From the NCBI GenBank assembly GCA_051294375.1, contig CM119265.1, positions 8,192,772 through 8,256,771 on the forward strand: 64,000 bases of DNA, given 5' to 3'. The DNA is from Paraspadella gotoi (Eukaryota > Animalia > Chaetognatha). Within the stretch, counting starts at the first letter, position 1. Every line of letters starts with the position of its first letter. Under the pieces are notes generated by a model that worked only from the letters and a program-made list of their open reading frames with translations, did not search any database and had not been told where the DNA came from. Below are positions 1 to 13,309 of this stretch, in pieces. The position numbers and the translations under genes were made by a program.

Positions 1-2990
1 GCACTTAAAAGCCCCAGGCCTTCCCCATATTTTTTCTTTTAGATACAAAAAGACAATTTTTCTTCTTTGTGCAACAGTGTGGCTGCCCCACTGACCAAGA
101 GATTCTCTAAGGGATCTGTGACACCAAGTGGCGCCCACACCGTGTCACACATAATATTTTTTTTGTTCTTAATCCCCATATCTGTTAAACCCCCGCACTT
201 AAAAGCCCCAGCCTTCCCCATATTTTTCTTTAGAACAAAGACAATTTTTCTCTTTCTTTGTGACACAGTGTGGCCCGGCCCCACTGGACCAAGGAGATTC
301 TCTAAGGGATCTGTGATCACCCAGTGGCGCCCACACACGTTGTCCACCAAATAATATTTTTTTTGTTTCTTAATCCCCATATTTAACCCCCGCGCACTTA
401 AAAGCCCCAGCCTTTCCCCACTATTTTTCTTTAGATACAAAGACAACTTTTTTTCTTCTTGTGACACCAGTTGGCGCCCCCCACTTGATCCAAGAGATTC
501 TCTAAGGGGATCTTGTGACACCCAGTGGCGCCCACACCGTTGTTCACAAATTAATATTTTTTTGTTTCTTAATCCCCATATTTAACCCCCGCACTTAAAG
601 CCCCAGGCCTTCCCATATTTTTCTTTAGATACCAAAGACAATTTTTCTTCTTTGTGGACACAGATGTGGCCGGCCCCACTGACCAAAGAGAGATCTCTAA
701 GGGATCTGTGACACCCAGTTGGCGCCCACACCGTTGGTTCACAAATAATATTTTTTTTTGGTTTCTTAATCCCCATATTTAACCCCCCGCCACTTAAAAG
801 CCCCACACCAGCCTTCCCCATAATTTTCCTTTAGATACAAAGACAATTTTCTTCTTTGTGACACAGTGTGGCGCCCACTGACCAAGAGATTCTCTAAGCG
901 GATCTTGCTGACCACCCAGTGGCGCCCACACCGTGTCACAAATAATATTTTCTTTGTTTCTTAATCCCCATATTTAACCCCCGCCTTAAAAGCCCAAGCC
1001 TATCCCCATATTTTTCTTTAGATACAAGACAATTTTCTTTCTTTGTGACACCAGTGTGGGCGCCCACTGACCAAGAGATTCTCTAAGGGATCTGCCTGAC
1101 ACCCAGTATGGCGCCACACAGTTGCCACCAGAGAAAACGTGTCACCAATAATATTTTTTTGTTTCTTAATCCCCATATTTAAACCCCCGCACTTAACAAT
1201 CCCCAGCCCTATCCCCATATTTTTCTTTTTAGATACCAAAAGACAACTTTTTCTTTTCTTGTGACACAGTGTGTGCCGCCCACTGAACCAAGAGATTTCT
1301 CTCTAAGGGATCTGTGACCACCCAGTGGCCGCCCACACCGTGTCACAAATAAGTATTTTTTTGTTTCTTAATCCCCATATTTTAACCCCCGCACTTTAAA
1401 ACCTCCCTCAGCCTTATTCTTCCCCATATTTATTCTTTTAGATGTACAGCTAAAGACAAATTTTTCTTCTTTTTGCTTGACACGTCAAGTGTTGGCGCCC
1501 ACTGACCTTAAGAGACATCTTCTAAGGGATCTGTGCACAACCCCAGGGCGCCCTCCCCGCCCACACCGTGTCACCCAAATAATTATTATTTTTGTTTCAC
1601 TTAATCCCCATATTTAACCCCCGCACCTTAAAAGCCCCAGCCTTTCTTCCCCATATTTTTCTTTAGATACAAAGACAATTTTTCTTCTTTGTGACCACAG
1701 TTGTGCCCGCCCACTACCAAAGAGATTCTTCTAAGGGTATCTGTGACCACCCATAGTGGCCCCCCGCACCAACACCGTGTCAACACCCCCCCCAAATAAG
1801 TATTTTTGTTCTCTCCTCTCACAACTCTTCAATCTCCATATCATCTTTCCAACCGCTCGGCGCTACTTAAATCAGCTCAAGGCAACTTTTCAAAATTATG
1901 TATTTCGTGTACGATACCGCCCCAACAAAAATCTCTATGTGTCAAATGTGACAACTCTATTATTCATATCTTGTGTTGGACACAGTTGTGGCCGCCGGCA
2001 TCATGACCAAAAGTCATGTCTTAATATACAAATCCTAAAGAATGTGATGCATGTAGTATACCTCGACATACGTCTAGAAGTGTAGCGAACTCTCCATCAC
2101 AAACGATTGATAATTTAATATAATCAACTAAGCGTAAGGTGACAAGTTACAGTAACAAAAAATCATATTGTCACAAAGTAAAAATATTCTTTATGTACTC
2201 TACATCTCCCACCTATTTAAACCAGTGAAAATACGCAACTATAAAAGCCCCAAGCAACTTCACCTACATTTATTCTTTATTTAGATACTTATAATGGAAC
2301 ATATCCTGTTACGTTGAGTGACTCACTATAATGAATGTGAATGACCGAACCTCCCACAACTGGAACCAAAGAGATCTTCTAATATGACCTGGGATCTTGA
2401 TGGAAAAACATTCCAGATGGGTCGCCTCGACTTACACGGTCACAGAAATAAATATTTATTTAAATAGTTATCATATCTAAATTTCACACAAACATAATTT
2501 AATCCCTCCATCTGAACACTTATAAAAGAGGCTCCAAAGCAACTTTCTCCCATAATTATAATTTCTTATAAGACATATATCAATAAAGACATATATTCTA
2601 ATCTATTGAAATTGTCAATATCCTATCAAGAGTGTGAGCGTCACCAGCTGACCAAAGAGATATCATCTAAGTGGCATCTGTGTAATAGTACTCACCCATA
2701 TGTAATGAGCGAGTCCACACCGATGTTCAACAACCTATATATTAATTTTATGTTATCCTATAGACGTAAATCCCAATATCCTATAGCGCCAAACACTCTA
2801 AAACCGCACTAAAAGCCCCCGAGCTGTAATCACCTCCAAAACAGATACAAAGACAAATTATTCTTCTTTGTAGACACATGTGGCGACCACCCACTGACCA
2901 GAGATCGTTCTTAATATATGGCGATCAGTGACAGCCCTCAGTGGCCGCCCACACCGATTATATATATGAGCTGTCACAAATTAATATTTA
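1..2990. repeat. Tandem satellite, ~182-bp consensus unit (observed ~185-200 bp), increasingly degraded towards the right
   Basis: Unit gcacttaaaagccccagccttccccatatttttctttagatacaaagac...gtgacacagtgtggcgcccactgaccaagagattctctaagggatctgtgacacccagtggcgcccacaccgtgtcacaaa...ccccatatttaacccc recurs at ~1, 195, 393, 591, 790 etc. Confidence 0.95.
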
Positions 2991-4056
2991 ATGATTCCTA
3001 AGCCCCGTTTATAAAATCATAATACATCTTACCTCTTTCCTTCGTGGGTAAAAGAGATAAAAAAAATTTATAATAAATTTTTTAATATACCGGGCAGTAG
3101 GCATAATTTATTACTTAGATTAACCAATATACATTTATCAACACGAATGTGGAATGCTTAGTAATTAATTAAAAAAGGGCGAAGGCTGGGGCTTTTTAGT
3201 GCGGGCGTTAAAAATGGATTTATACAAACACCAAAAATATCAATTGTGACACGATGTACACGATGTGACACGATGACACGATGTGACATGATATGACAAC
3301 ATGTACATGATGCTGACAAGATGTTTACATTGATGTGACGATATGTGTCACTGGGCATTAAGATTTTTTATTTATTACAATCACCATATTAACCCACGCA
3401 CTTAAAATGCAGCCTTCCCGATATTTATTCTAAATAATTTTTAATATAAAAAAACACTTCCCTGATGGGATATCGAAATCCCTGGACTACTAGAATCTTT
3501 TATTTCAAATGTAATGCCATCTTGTGGAGAATATTTAGAAACCAAATATAAGAAAAAAAATTTTCCCTTTTTGGAGTGACCACGAGTGTGACACGATAGT
3601 GACACCGAGGCGGTGACACGGATGTGGCGATGTTTGTGGACTATATGTGTCACTGGGGCACTTGGAATTTTTTGAATTTGCTAAATCCCCATATTTAACC
3701 CCCGCACTTAAAAGCCCCAGCCTTCCCCATATTTAAATGGTTGTATTTAATGAAAAAAATACTTTTTTCCTTAAACGGGAAATCGAACTCGGGACTATAG
3801 AATCTTTTATTTTGACCATTTGTAATGCGCCATCTTGTGGAGAAATTATAAATGCAAAAAATAAAGGAAGAAATTTTCTGCCTTTTTGGACAGTGGAAAA
3901 AACTGGTCTGGAAGAAGAAAATAGAGAAGGTCGATAAGAGAAGAAGAAGGAAGGAAAAGAAGAAGAGAAGAAATAAAAGAGCGTCGTCATAAAGAGGCAG
4001 AGAAAAAATATCGGTTACGGAGCTCTCCTTCTCTCTCTCTTTCTCTCTCTCTCTCT

Positions 4057-4124
<68 letters not shown>

Positions 4125-4405
4125 CTCTTTCCCTTCTCTCCGTCTTCCTCTCTATCTTCAAGGTTTTCTTTTTTTTTAACGGTTTTTCCATTTTAAATGT
4201 TTTTTTTCTCCTTCGCCTTTTTCGCGTTTTTCACCGATTTTTCCGCCCGAAAGAAGAAAACCACCTCACAGCACTTACCTCATTCACCTACTTCGCCAAT
4301 CTCTTTCGCCTAACCTTACTTTACTTCCCTCACTCCCAGATAGTTTGCTGAATGTATATTCATCGCTTCGCCCTTTAAGTNNNNNNNNNNNNNNNNNNNN
4401 NNNNN

Positions 4406-7400
4406 CTGAGACCAAGAGATTCTCTAAGGGATCTCCCGTTGACACCCCAGTGGCGCCACCACCACCGTGTCACACAATAATATTTGTTTTAATCCCCATA
4501 TTTAAACCCCGCACTTTAAAAAACAGCCCCAAGGCCTTCCCCATATTTTTCTTTAGATACAAAGACCAATTTTTTCTTCTTTGTTGACACAGTGTGGCGC
4601 CCACCTGACCAATGGGACGAGTTCCTCTAAGGATCGTGACACCAGTATGGCGCCCACACCGCTGTCACAAAAATAATATTTTTTTTGTTTCTTAATCCCC
4701 ATTATTAACCCCCGCACTTTAAAGCCCACCAGCCTTCCCATATTTTCTTTAATACAAAGACAATTTTTCTTCTTTGTTGACACAGTGTGGCGGCCCCACT
4801 GACCAAGAGGATCTCTAAGGATCGTGAACACCCAGATGTGGCCCCACACCGTGTCCACCAAATAATATTTTTTTGTTTCTTAATCCCCATATTTAAAACC
4901 CCCGCACTTAAAAGCCCCAGCCTTCCCCATATTTTTCTTTGAGATACCAAAACAATTTTCTTCTTTTGTATTAGACACAGTGTTGTGGCGCCCACTGACA
5001 AGAGATTTCTCTAAGGATCTGTGACAACCCAGTTTGGCGCCCACACCGCTGTCACAAATAATATTTTTGTTTTTCTTAATCCATATTTACCCCCGCACTT
5101 AAAAGCCCCAGGCCTTCCCCATATTTTTTCTTTTAGATACAAAAAGACAATTTTTCTTCTTTGTGCAACAGTGTGGCTGCCCCACTGACCAAGAGATTCT
5201 CTAAGGGATCTGTGACACCAAGTGGCGCCCACACCGTGTCACACATAATATTTTTTTTGTTCTTAATCCCCATATCTGTTAAACCCCCGCACTTAAAAGC
5301 CCCAGCCTTCCCCATATTTTTCTTTAGAACAAAGACAATTTTTCTCTTTCTTTGTGACACAGTGTGGCCCGGCCCCACTGGACCAAGGAGATTCTCTAAG
5401 GGATCTGTGATCACCCAGTGGCGCCCACACACGTTGTCCACCAAATAATATTTTTTTTGTTTCTTAATCCCCATATTTAACCCCCGCGCACTTAAAAGCC
5501 CCAGCCTTTCCCCACTATTTTTCTTTAGATACAAAGACAACTTTTTTTCTTCTTGTGACACCAGTTGGCGCCCCCCACTTGATCCAAGAGATTCTCTAAG
5601 GGGATCTTGTGACACCCAGTGGCGCCCACACCGTTGTTCACAAATTAATATTTTTTTGTTTCTTAATCCCCATATTTAACCCCCGCACTTAAAGCCCCAG
5701 GCCTTCCCATATTTTTCTTTAGATACCAAAGACAATTTTTCTTCTTTGTGGACACAGATGTGGCCGGCCCCACTGACCAAAGAGAGATCTCTAAGGGATC
5801 TGTGACACCCAGTTGGCGCCCACACCGTTGGTTCACAAATAATATTTTTTTTTGGTTTCTTAATCCCCATATTTAACCCCCCGCCACTTAAAAGCCCCAC
5901 ACCAGCCTTCCCCATAATTTTCCTTTAGATACAAAGACAATTTTCTTCTTTGTGACACAGTGTGGCGCCCACTGACCAAGAGATTCTCTAAGCGGATCTT
6001 GCTGACCACCCAGTGGCGCCCACACCGTGTCACAAATAATATTTTCTTTGTTTCTTAATCCCCATATTTAACCCCCGCCTTAAAAGCCCAAGCCTATCCC
6101 CATATTTTTCTTTAGATACAAGACAATTTTCTTTCTTTGTGACACCAGTGTGGGCGCCCACTGACCAAGAGATTCTCTAAGGGATCTGCCTGACACCCAG
6201 TATGGCGCCACACAGTTGCCACCAGAGAAAACGTGTCACCAATAATATTTTTTTGTTTCTTAATCCCCATATTTAAACCCCCGCACTTAACAATCCCCAG
6301 CCCTATCCCCATATTTTTCTTTTTAGATACCAAAAGACAACTTTTTCTTTTCTTGTGACACAGTGTGTGCCGCCCACTGAACCAAGAGATTTCTCTCTAA
6401 GGGATCTGTGACCACCCAGTGGCCGCCCACACCGTGTCACAAATAAGTATTTTTTTGTTTCTTAATCCCCATATTTTAACCCCCGCACTTTAAAACCTCC
6501 CTCAGCCTTATTCTTCCCCATATTTATTCTTTTAGATGTACAGCTAAAGACAAATTTTTCTTCTTTTTGCTTGACACGTCAAGTGTTGGCGCCCACTGAC
6601 CTTAAGAGACATCTTCTAAGGGATCTGTGCACAACCCCAGGGCGCCCTCCCCGCCCACACCGTGTCACCCAAATAATTATTATTTTTGTTTCACTTAATC
6701 CCCATATTTAACCCCCGCACCTTAAAAGCCCCAGCCTTTCTTCCCCATATTTTTCTTTAGATACAAAGACAATTTTTCTTCTTTGTGACCACAGTTGTGC
6801 CCGCCCACTACCAAAGAGATTCTTCTAAGGGTATCTGTGACCACCCATAGTGGCCCCCCGCACCAACACCGTGTCAACACCCCCCCCAAATAAGTATTTT
6901 TGTTCTCTCCTCTCACAACTCTTCAATCTCCATATCATCTTTCCAACCGCTCGGCGCTACTTAAATCAGCTCAAGGCAACTTTTCAAAATTATGTATTTC
7001 GTGTACGATACCGCCCCAACAAAAATCTCTATGTGTCAAATGTGACAACTCTATTATTCATATCTTGTGTTGGACACAGTTGTGGCCGCCGGCATCATGA
7101 CCAAAAGTCATGTCTTAATATACAAATCCTAAAGAATGTGATGCATGTAGTATACCTCGACATACGTCTAGAAGTGTAGCGAACTCTCCATCACAAACGA
7201 TTGATAATTTAATATAATCAACTAAGCGTAAGGTGACAAGTTACAGTAACAAAAAATCATATTGTCACAAAGTAAAAATATTCTTTATGTACTCTACATC
7301 TCCCACCTATTTAAACCAGTGAAAATACGCAACTATAAAAGCCCCAAGCAACTTCACCTACATTTATTCTTTATTTAGATACTTATAATGGAACATATCC

Positions 7401-8085
7401 TGTTACGTTGAGTGACTCACTATAATGAATGTGAATGACCGAACCTCCCACAACTGGAACCAAAGAGATCTTCTAATATGACCTGGGATCTTGATGGAAA
7501 AACATTCCAGATGGGTCGCCTCGACTTACACGGTCACAGAAATAAATATTTATTTAAATAGTTATCATATCTAAATTTCACACAAACATAATTTAATCCC
7601 TCCATCTGAACACTTATAAAAGAGGCTCCAAAGCAACTTTCTCCCATAATTATAATTTCTTATAAGACATATATCAATAAAGACATATATTCTAATCTAT
7701 TGAAATTGTCAATATCCTATCAAGAGTGTGAGCGTCACCAGCTGACCAAAGAGATATCATCTAAGTGGCATCTGTGTAATAGTACTCACCCATATGTAAT
7801 GAGCGAGTCCACACCGATGTTCAACAACCTATATATTAATTTTATGTTATCCTATAGACGTAAATCCCAATATCCTATAGCGCCAAACACTCTAAAACCG
7901 CACTAAAAGCCCCCGAGCTGTAATCACCTCCAAAACAGATACAAAGACAAATTATTCTTCTTTGTAGACACATGTGGCGACCACCCACTGACCAGAGATC
8001 GTTCTTAATATATGGCGATCAGTGACAGCCCTCAGTGGCCGCCCACACCGATTATATATATGAGCTGTCACAAATTAATATTTAA
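4406..8085. repeat. Second block of the same ~182-bp satellite
   Basis: Same unit; from 5095 onward it matches the sequence from position 1 at offset 5094 (the ORF track is also identical). Confidence 0.95.
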
Positions 8086-9150
8086 TGATTCCTAAGCCCC
8101 GTTTATAAAATCATAATACATCTTACCTCTTTCCTTCGTGGGTAAAAGAGATAAAAAAAATTTATAATAAATTTTTTAATATACCGGGCAGTAGGCATAA
8201 TTTATTACTTAGATTAACCAATATACATTTATCAACACGAATGTGGAATGCTTAGTAATTAATTAAAAAAGGGCGAAGGCTGGGGCTTTTTAGTGCGGGC
8301 GTTAAAAATGGATTTATACAAACACCAAAAATATCAATTGTGACACGATGTACACGATGTGACACGATGACACGATGTGACATGATATGACAACATGTAC
8401 ATGATGCTGACAAGATGTTTACATTGATGTGACGATATGTGTCACTGGGCATTAAGATTTTTTATTTATTACAATCACCATATTAACCCACGCACTTAAA
8501 ATGCAGCCTTCCCGATATTTATTCTAAATAATTTTTAATATAAAAAAACACTTCCCTGATGGGATATCGAAATCCCTGGACTACTAGAATCTTTTATTTC
8601 AAATGTAATGCCATCTTGTGGAGAATATTTAGAAACCAAATATAAGAAAAAAAATTTTCCCTTTTTGGAGTGACCACGAGTGTGACACGATAGTGACACC
8701 GAGGCGGTGACACGGATGTGGCGATGTTTGTGGACTATATGTGTCACTGGGGCACTTGGAATTTTTTGAATTTGCTAAATCCCCATATTTAACCCCCGCA
8801 CTTAAAAGCCCCAGCCTTCCCCATATTTAAATGGTTGTATTTAATGAAAAAAATACTTTTTTCCTTAAACGGGAAATCGAACTCGGGACTATAGAATCTT
8901 TTATTTTGACCATTTGTAATGCGCCATCTTGTGGAGAAATTATAAATGCAAAAAATAAAGGAAGAAATTTTCTGCCTTTTTGGACAGTGGAAAAAACTGG
9001 TCTGGAAGAAGAAAATAGAGAAGGTCGATAAGAGAAGAAGAAGGAAGGAAAAGAAGAAGAGAAGAAATAAAAGAGCGTCGTCATAAAGAGGCAGAGAAAA
9101 AATATCGGTTACGGAGCTCTCCTTCTCTCTCTCTTTCTCTCTCTCTCTCT

Positions 9151-9218
<68 letters not shown>

Positions 9219-9478
9219 CTCTTTCCCTTCTCTCCGTCTTCCTCTCTATCTTCAAGGTTTTCTTTTTTTTTAACGGTTTTTCCATTTTAAATGTTTTTTT
9301 TCTCCTTCGCCTTTTTCGACGTTTTCACCGATTTTTCCCGCCCCGAAAGAAAAAACCACCTCACCAGCACTTACCTCATTCACCTACTTCGCCAATCTCT
9401 TTCGCCTACCTTACTTTACTCCCTTCACTCCCAGATTAGTTGCTGATGTATATTCATTCGCTCGCCCTTTAAAAGTAG
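5095..9478 (+). other. Direct duplicate of 1-4380 across a 25-N gap (probable gap-fill redundancy)
   Basis: Identical including apparent read noise up to ~4218/9312; gap at 4381-4405. Confidence 0.85.
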
Positions 9479-10842
9479 TCACCCATAAAAATCCTGGCCT
9501 CGCTGTTATAGAAACTTCGCAATCCTTTATCACCCTATAGTTTTGCCACCGCCCCACATTTCTCTCCCCTCCCTCCTACCCCCCCCCCTCTTCCCTCCAA
9601 AACCACCACCCAATTTCGGCCGTCGATCGTCGAGAAAAATTCTGTTTTTGACGTCTTTACTTCCTGGGTCGAAATTCAAGGTTCGAATTCTGCGCAATAA
9701 AATCAAAATTCTTTCTCCTCCATCCATTTCTTTCTTTCTTTTCTTTTTTTCCTTCTTTTTTTTATCTTTCTATCTTCAGAGTTTTTTATAGCTTTTTTTT
9801 TTTCTATTTTCTCTTTTTTGGTTTTTTTTCTGTTTGTCTTTCGTTTCTCTCTTTCTATTTTTACTATATTTTTCTATCTTTAATTTCCTTTTTATTTCTT
9901 CCTCTTTTTTTCTTTTTTTTTATATTTCTGTCTTTCTTTCTTCCCTTCCTGCTGCTTTCTTTCTTTTTTTTTCCTTTTTTTATTTTTTCTTTCTTTCTTA
10001 CTTTATTACATTTTTTCTTTCTTTATGTCTTTCTTTCTTTCTTTCTTTTCTTTCTTTCTTTAATTATTTCTCTCTATCACTGTTTGACAAAATTATCATT
10101 GTCATCATCTTCATTCTTCTTGTCCTTCCTTGTACTTCATTGTCATCAAAACGATCATCATCATCGTCGTGACTTCGACTTCATTATCATCATCATCATC
10201 GTCGTCGTCGTTGTCGTCGTTGTCGTCGTCGGCGGCGTGGAAGAGTGGGAAAGCTCGGAATTATTTTTCGTCCTTCACGAAATCTCGGCAAGAGAGGGAG
10301 GGGGGCGTTAGGGTGAGGCAGGGTGAGTGTTGGGATGGATCGAGATCTAAGGCTGGATGTTGGGTAAGGACGGACGAAGCTGAGAATAAAAAAAAAACAG
10401 TTCGGAAGAAAATTCCATGGAATCCTCAGAAAATCCCTCACCCTTTGCTCCAAGGACCTCACCTCTCCGAAACTCACCTCAGCTTTATAAAAAAGGAAAG
10501 AGAGAGAAAGAGGAGAAGAGAGAGGAAGGAGCAGAAAGAGAGAGGGGAGAGCAGGAGAGAGAGAGGAGAGAGAGACTGATGACTTGAGAGAGAGAGAGAG
10601 AGAGGATGAGATGAGAGAGACAGAGAGAGATATAGAGGAGAGGAGAGAGTAAGAGAAAGAGGATATGTTTTCGATTCTGTTTTATTATTCTCACTTTCAA
10701 AACCCCAAACTGAGTTAACTAAGTCCATCCACCGCGAACCCAAACCCCCTGCATCCAATTTTCTCTCTCCTTTTCCCCCTAACCCTACTTTTTGGTTCCA
10801 ATTCAACCAAAATTCACTCCCTCCCCCCCCTCTCTCTCTTCT

Positions 10843-10894
<52 letters not shown>

Positions 10895-11292
10895 TTTTTC
10901 TTCTCCTTTATATTGGCGGAATGCCTAAAGGATTCGCGGCTTTCCCCGCGGCGGCCAATTTGTCTTCACGATTTTCCGCGTGTCGTCGCCAGGTTCGCTT
11001 CACGTCGCCTTTTTTTTTCATTTTACGCAAAAATGCTCTTTTGTTTCGGATCGAAAAAAAAATGTTGCGAAACAAAAATGCTGCAAGAAAATATTAGAAA
11101 GAAAGAAGAAAGGTTTGATTTGAAAAGTTAAGTAGAAATAAATAATGTCAAATATTCAGAAAGAAGAGAAAGAACTTGTTTTGAGTTCATAGCGTTTATC
11201 ACTTTTTTAACGGGTCTTTAATGGAAATTCTGCGTTTTGGGACCTGAATTTGAAAAACCATTATCATCTTCCACAGTTCCTTCCTTCCTTTC

Positions 11293-11367
<75 letters not shown>

Positions 11368-11998
11368 CCGGCGCAGGCAAAAAATGATGTTCGCACCTCG
11401 ACTAAAACACCGGAGCGCTTTCTATTAAAACGCCCGTCTTCAGCCGGTGCGCTTCAACCGCCCGCCGCAGCCGCCCGCCGCAGCGCCCGCCGCTGCCTAC
11501 GACGGACGCGTCCTCATCTTTATTCCCTAAACTAATAAATGGAGCAATTTTTGGCGTCCTTTCAGCTCCTTCGTCTATTTTTCCCATCGCTCCTCCTTAA
11601 CTTCGTCTTTCTCTACCTTCCGTCCTCCTCCCTCTCTTCTTTCCTCTACTTTCCACAAGATTTAAGTCTCGCGTTTTCACCTGGTTCCTCAATTTTCTTT
11701 TCATTCCGTGCCAAAGCCTTCACCTCCCCCCCCCTCTCGCCTCCCCCACACTCCCCGCTCCCACCCCCTCTTCCCCATCTCCCTACATTTCCTCTTTTCG
11801 CCCTCGATGACCTCATATGCGCCAACCGCCCCCTTCCCGGCGCCACCTTTCCTTCAACGCCCACCTCTTCGGTCGCTAGGACGCCCATTTCTGGGGGAAA
11901 CCCCAGTTCATTAGAGAGGACCGAACCTTCGGAAGGCGAAAACACCGAGAGCAGGAGGAGAGAGAGGAGGAGGCAGAGAGAGAGAGAGAAGAAGAAAG

Positions 11999-12030
<32 letters not shown>

Positions 12031-12664
12031 AGAGGGAAGATGCAAACTGAGGAAAATCTAGAGAACGAAATGCGCGATGAATAGAGAAACTAATTTCAAT
12101 AAACTGTAAACTATGTTGGTTGTTTTTATGCAAGCAACAAAGAATTTAAACCTCCGTCCCGCCGAAAAGATTCCGCAAGGAGTCGAGCAAGCCCTTAACC
12201 TCAAAACCGGGGACGAGCTTGGACTTTTGCTCGCTTCTGCACCTCCTCCCCTTTCTCCTCCGCCTCCTCATCTCTTTCAAACTCGTTGGCCCCGACGTCG
12301 TTATCGCTCGAGGTAAATACGCTATCGGCTTTCGTCTCGGTTTCCATGGCAACGCAAGCGATCAACAGGACTTGGCGGTTTTGCCGTCGCGAACCGCAGT
12401 GGCGATTTTTGGGAAATAACGATGGCTCTTGGAACGGTTATACCGGGGTTCGATTCCATCTGGCGATGGAAATCAATATTGATATTGTTCTTAATCGTGG
12501 AAATTTTATGAGGCAATAACCATTACAACAACAACAAGAAAAACAACAACAACTACTAAACAAACGCTTTCGCTTCTTTCGTCCAAAGTTTCCGCCGTTT
12601 GGCCTCCAATTTGTCAAAATATTTCGAGGCCAGTTTGCTTTCCCTGTTTAGCTGGTTCCTGGTT

Positions 12665-12962
12665 GGCTTTCGCCTTTCGCCTTTCGCCTTCGCCTTCGCC
12701 TTCGCCTTCGCCTTCGCCTTCGCCTTCGCCTTTCGCCTTTCGCCTTTCGCCTTTTGCCTTTTGCCTTTTGCCTTTACCTTTCACATGTAAAATTCGTAAT
12801 ATGCCTTTCGCTTATGTTATTTGCCATCACCATTCGTCTTTCGCCTATTCCTTTTGCCTTTGCCATTCGCCATTCGCCTTTACCGTTCGCCTTCGCCAAT
12901 CGCCTTCGCCATTCGCCTCCTCTCTTAATCGTCCGTCTCTCCAAATAGACGGCGTCGCCTTC
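12665..12962. repeat. (TTCGCC/TTTGCC)n hexanucleotide repeat, degenerating to the right
   Basis: ttcgccttcgccttcgcc...ttttgcc read directly. Confidence 0.9.
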
Positions 12963-13216
12963 CGAAATCCGTCCNNNNNNNNNNNNNNNNNNNNNNNNNC
13001 TCCCCCATACCGCCCCCCTCTCACTCCCTCTTCCATCGATCTTCTCCGTTCCTTTGTCGACCACTCAAAAGAGGGCGACCTTTACCCGGAAGCCCATTCG
13101 AAACTCACGCCACTTTCGATTCGCCCTCCCTCTCCCCCCCACGCCAAAATCCACACCGAAATCTCCGTTCTTTATTCAGCGGCACAACTCCCAGATCTTG
13201 AGGGGCGAGGAGCCGC

Positions 13217-13256
<40 letters not shown>

Positions 13257-13264
13257 CTCTCTCT

Positions 13265-13309
<45 letters not shown>

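Noticed and set aside
1-8085. Palindromic regular repeat as a CRISPR array, or its ORFs as genes
   Set aside because: Whole units repeat with no unique spacers, there are no cas genes, the context is eukaryotic, and the ORFs are translated satellite.
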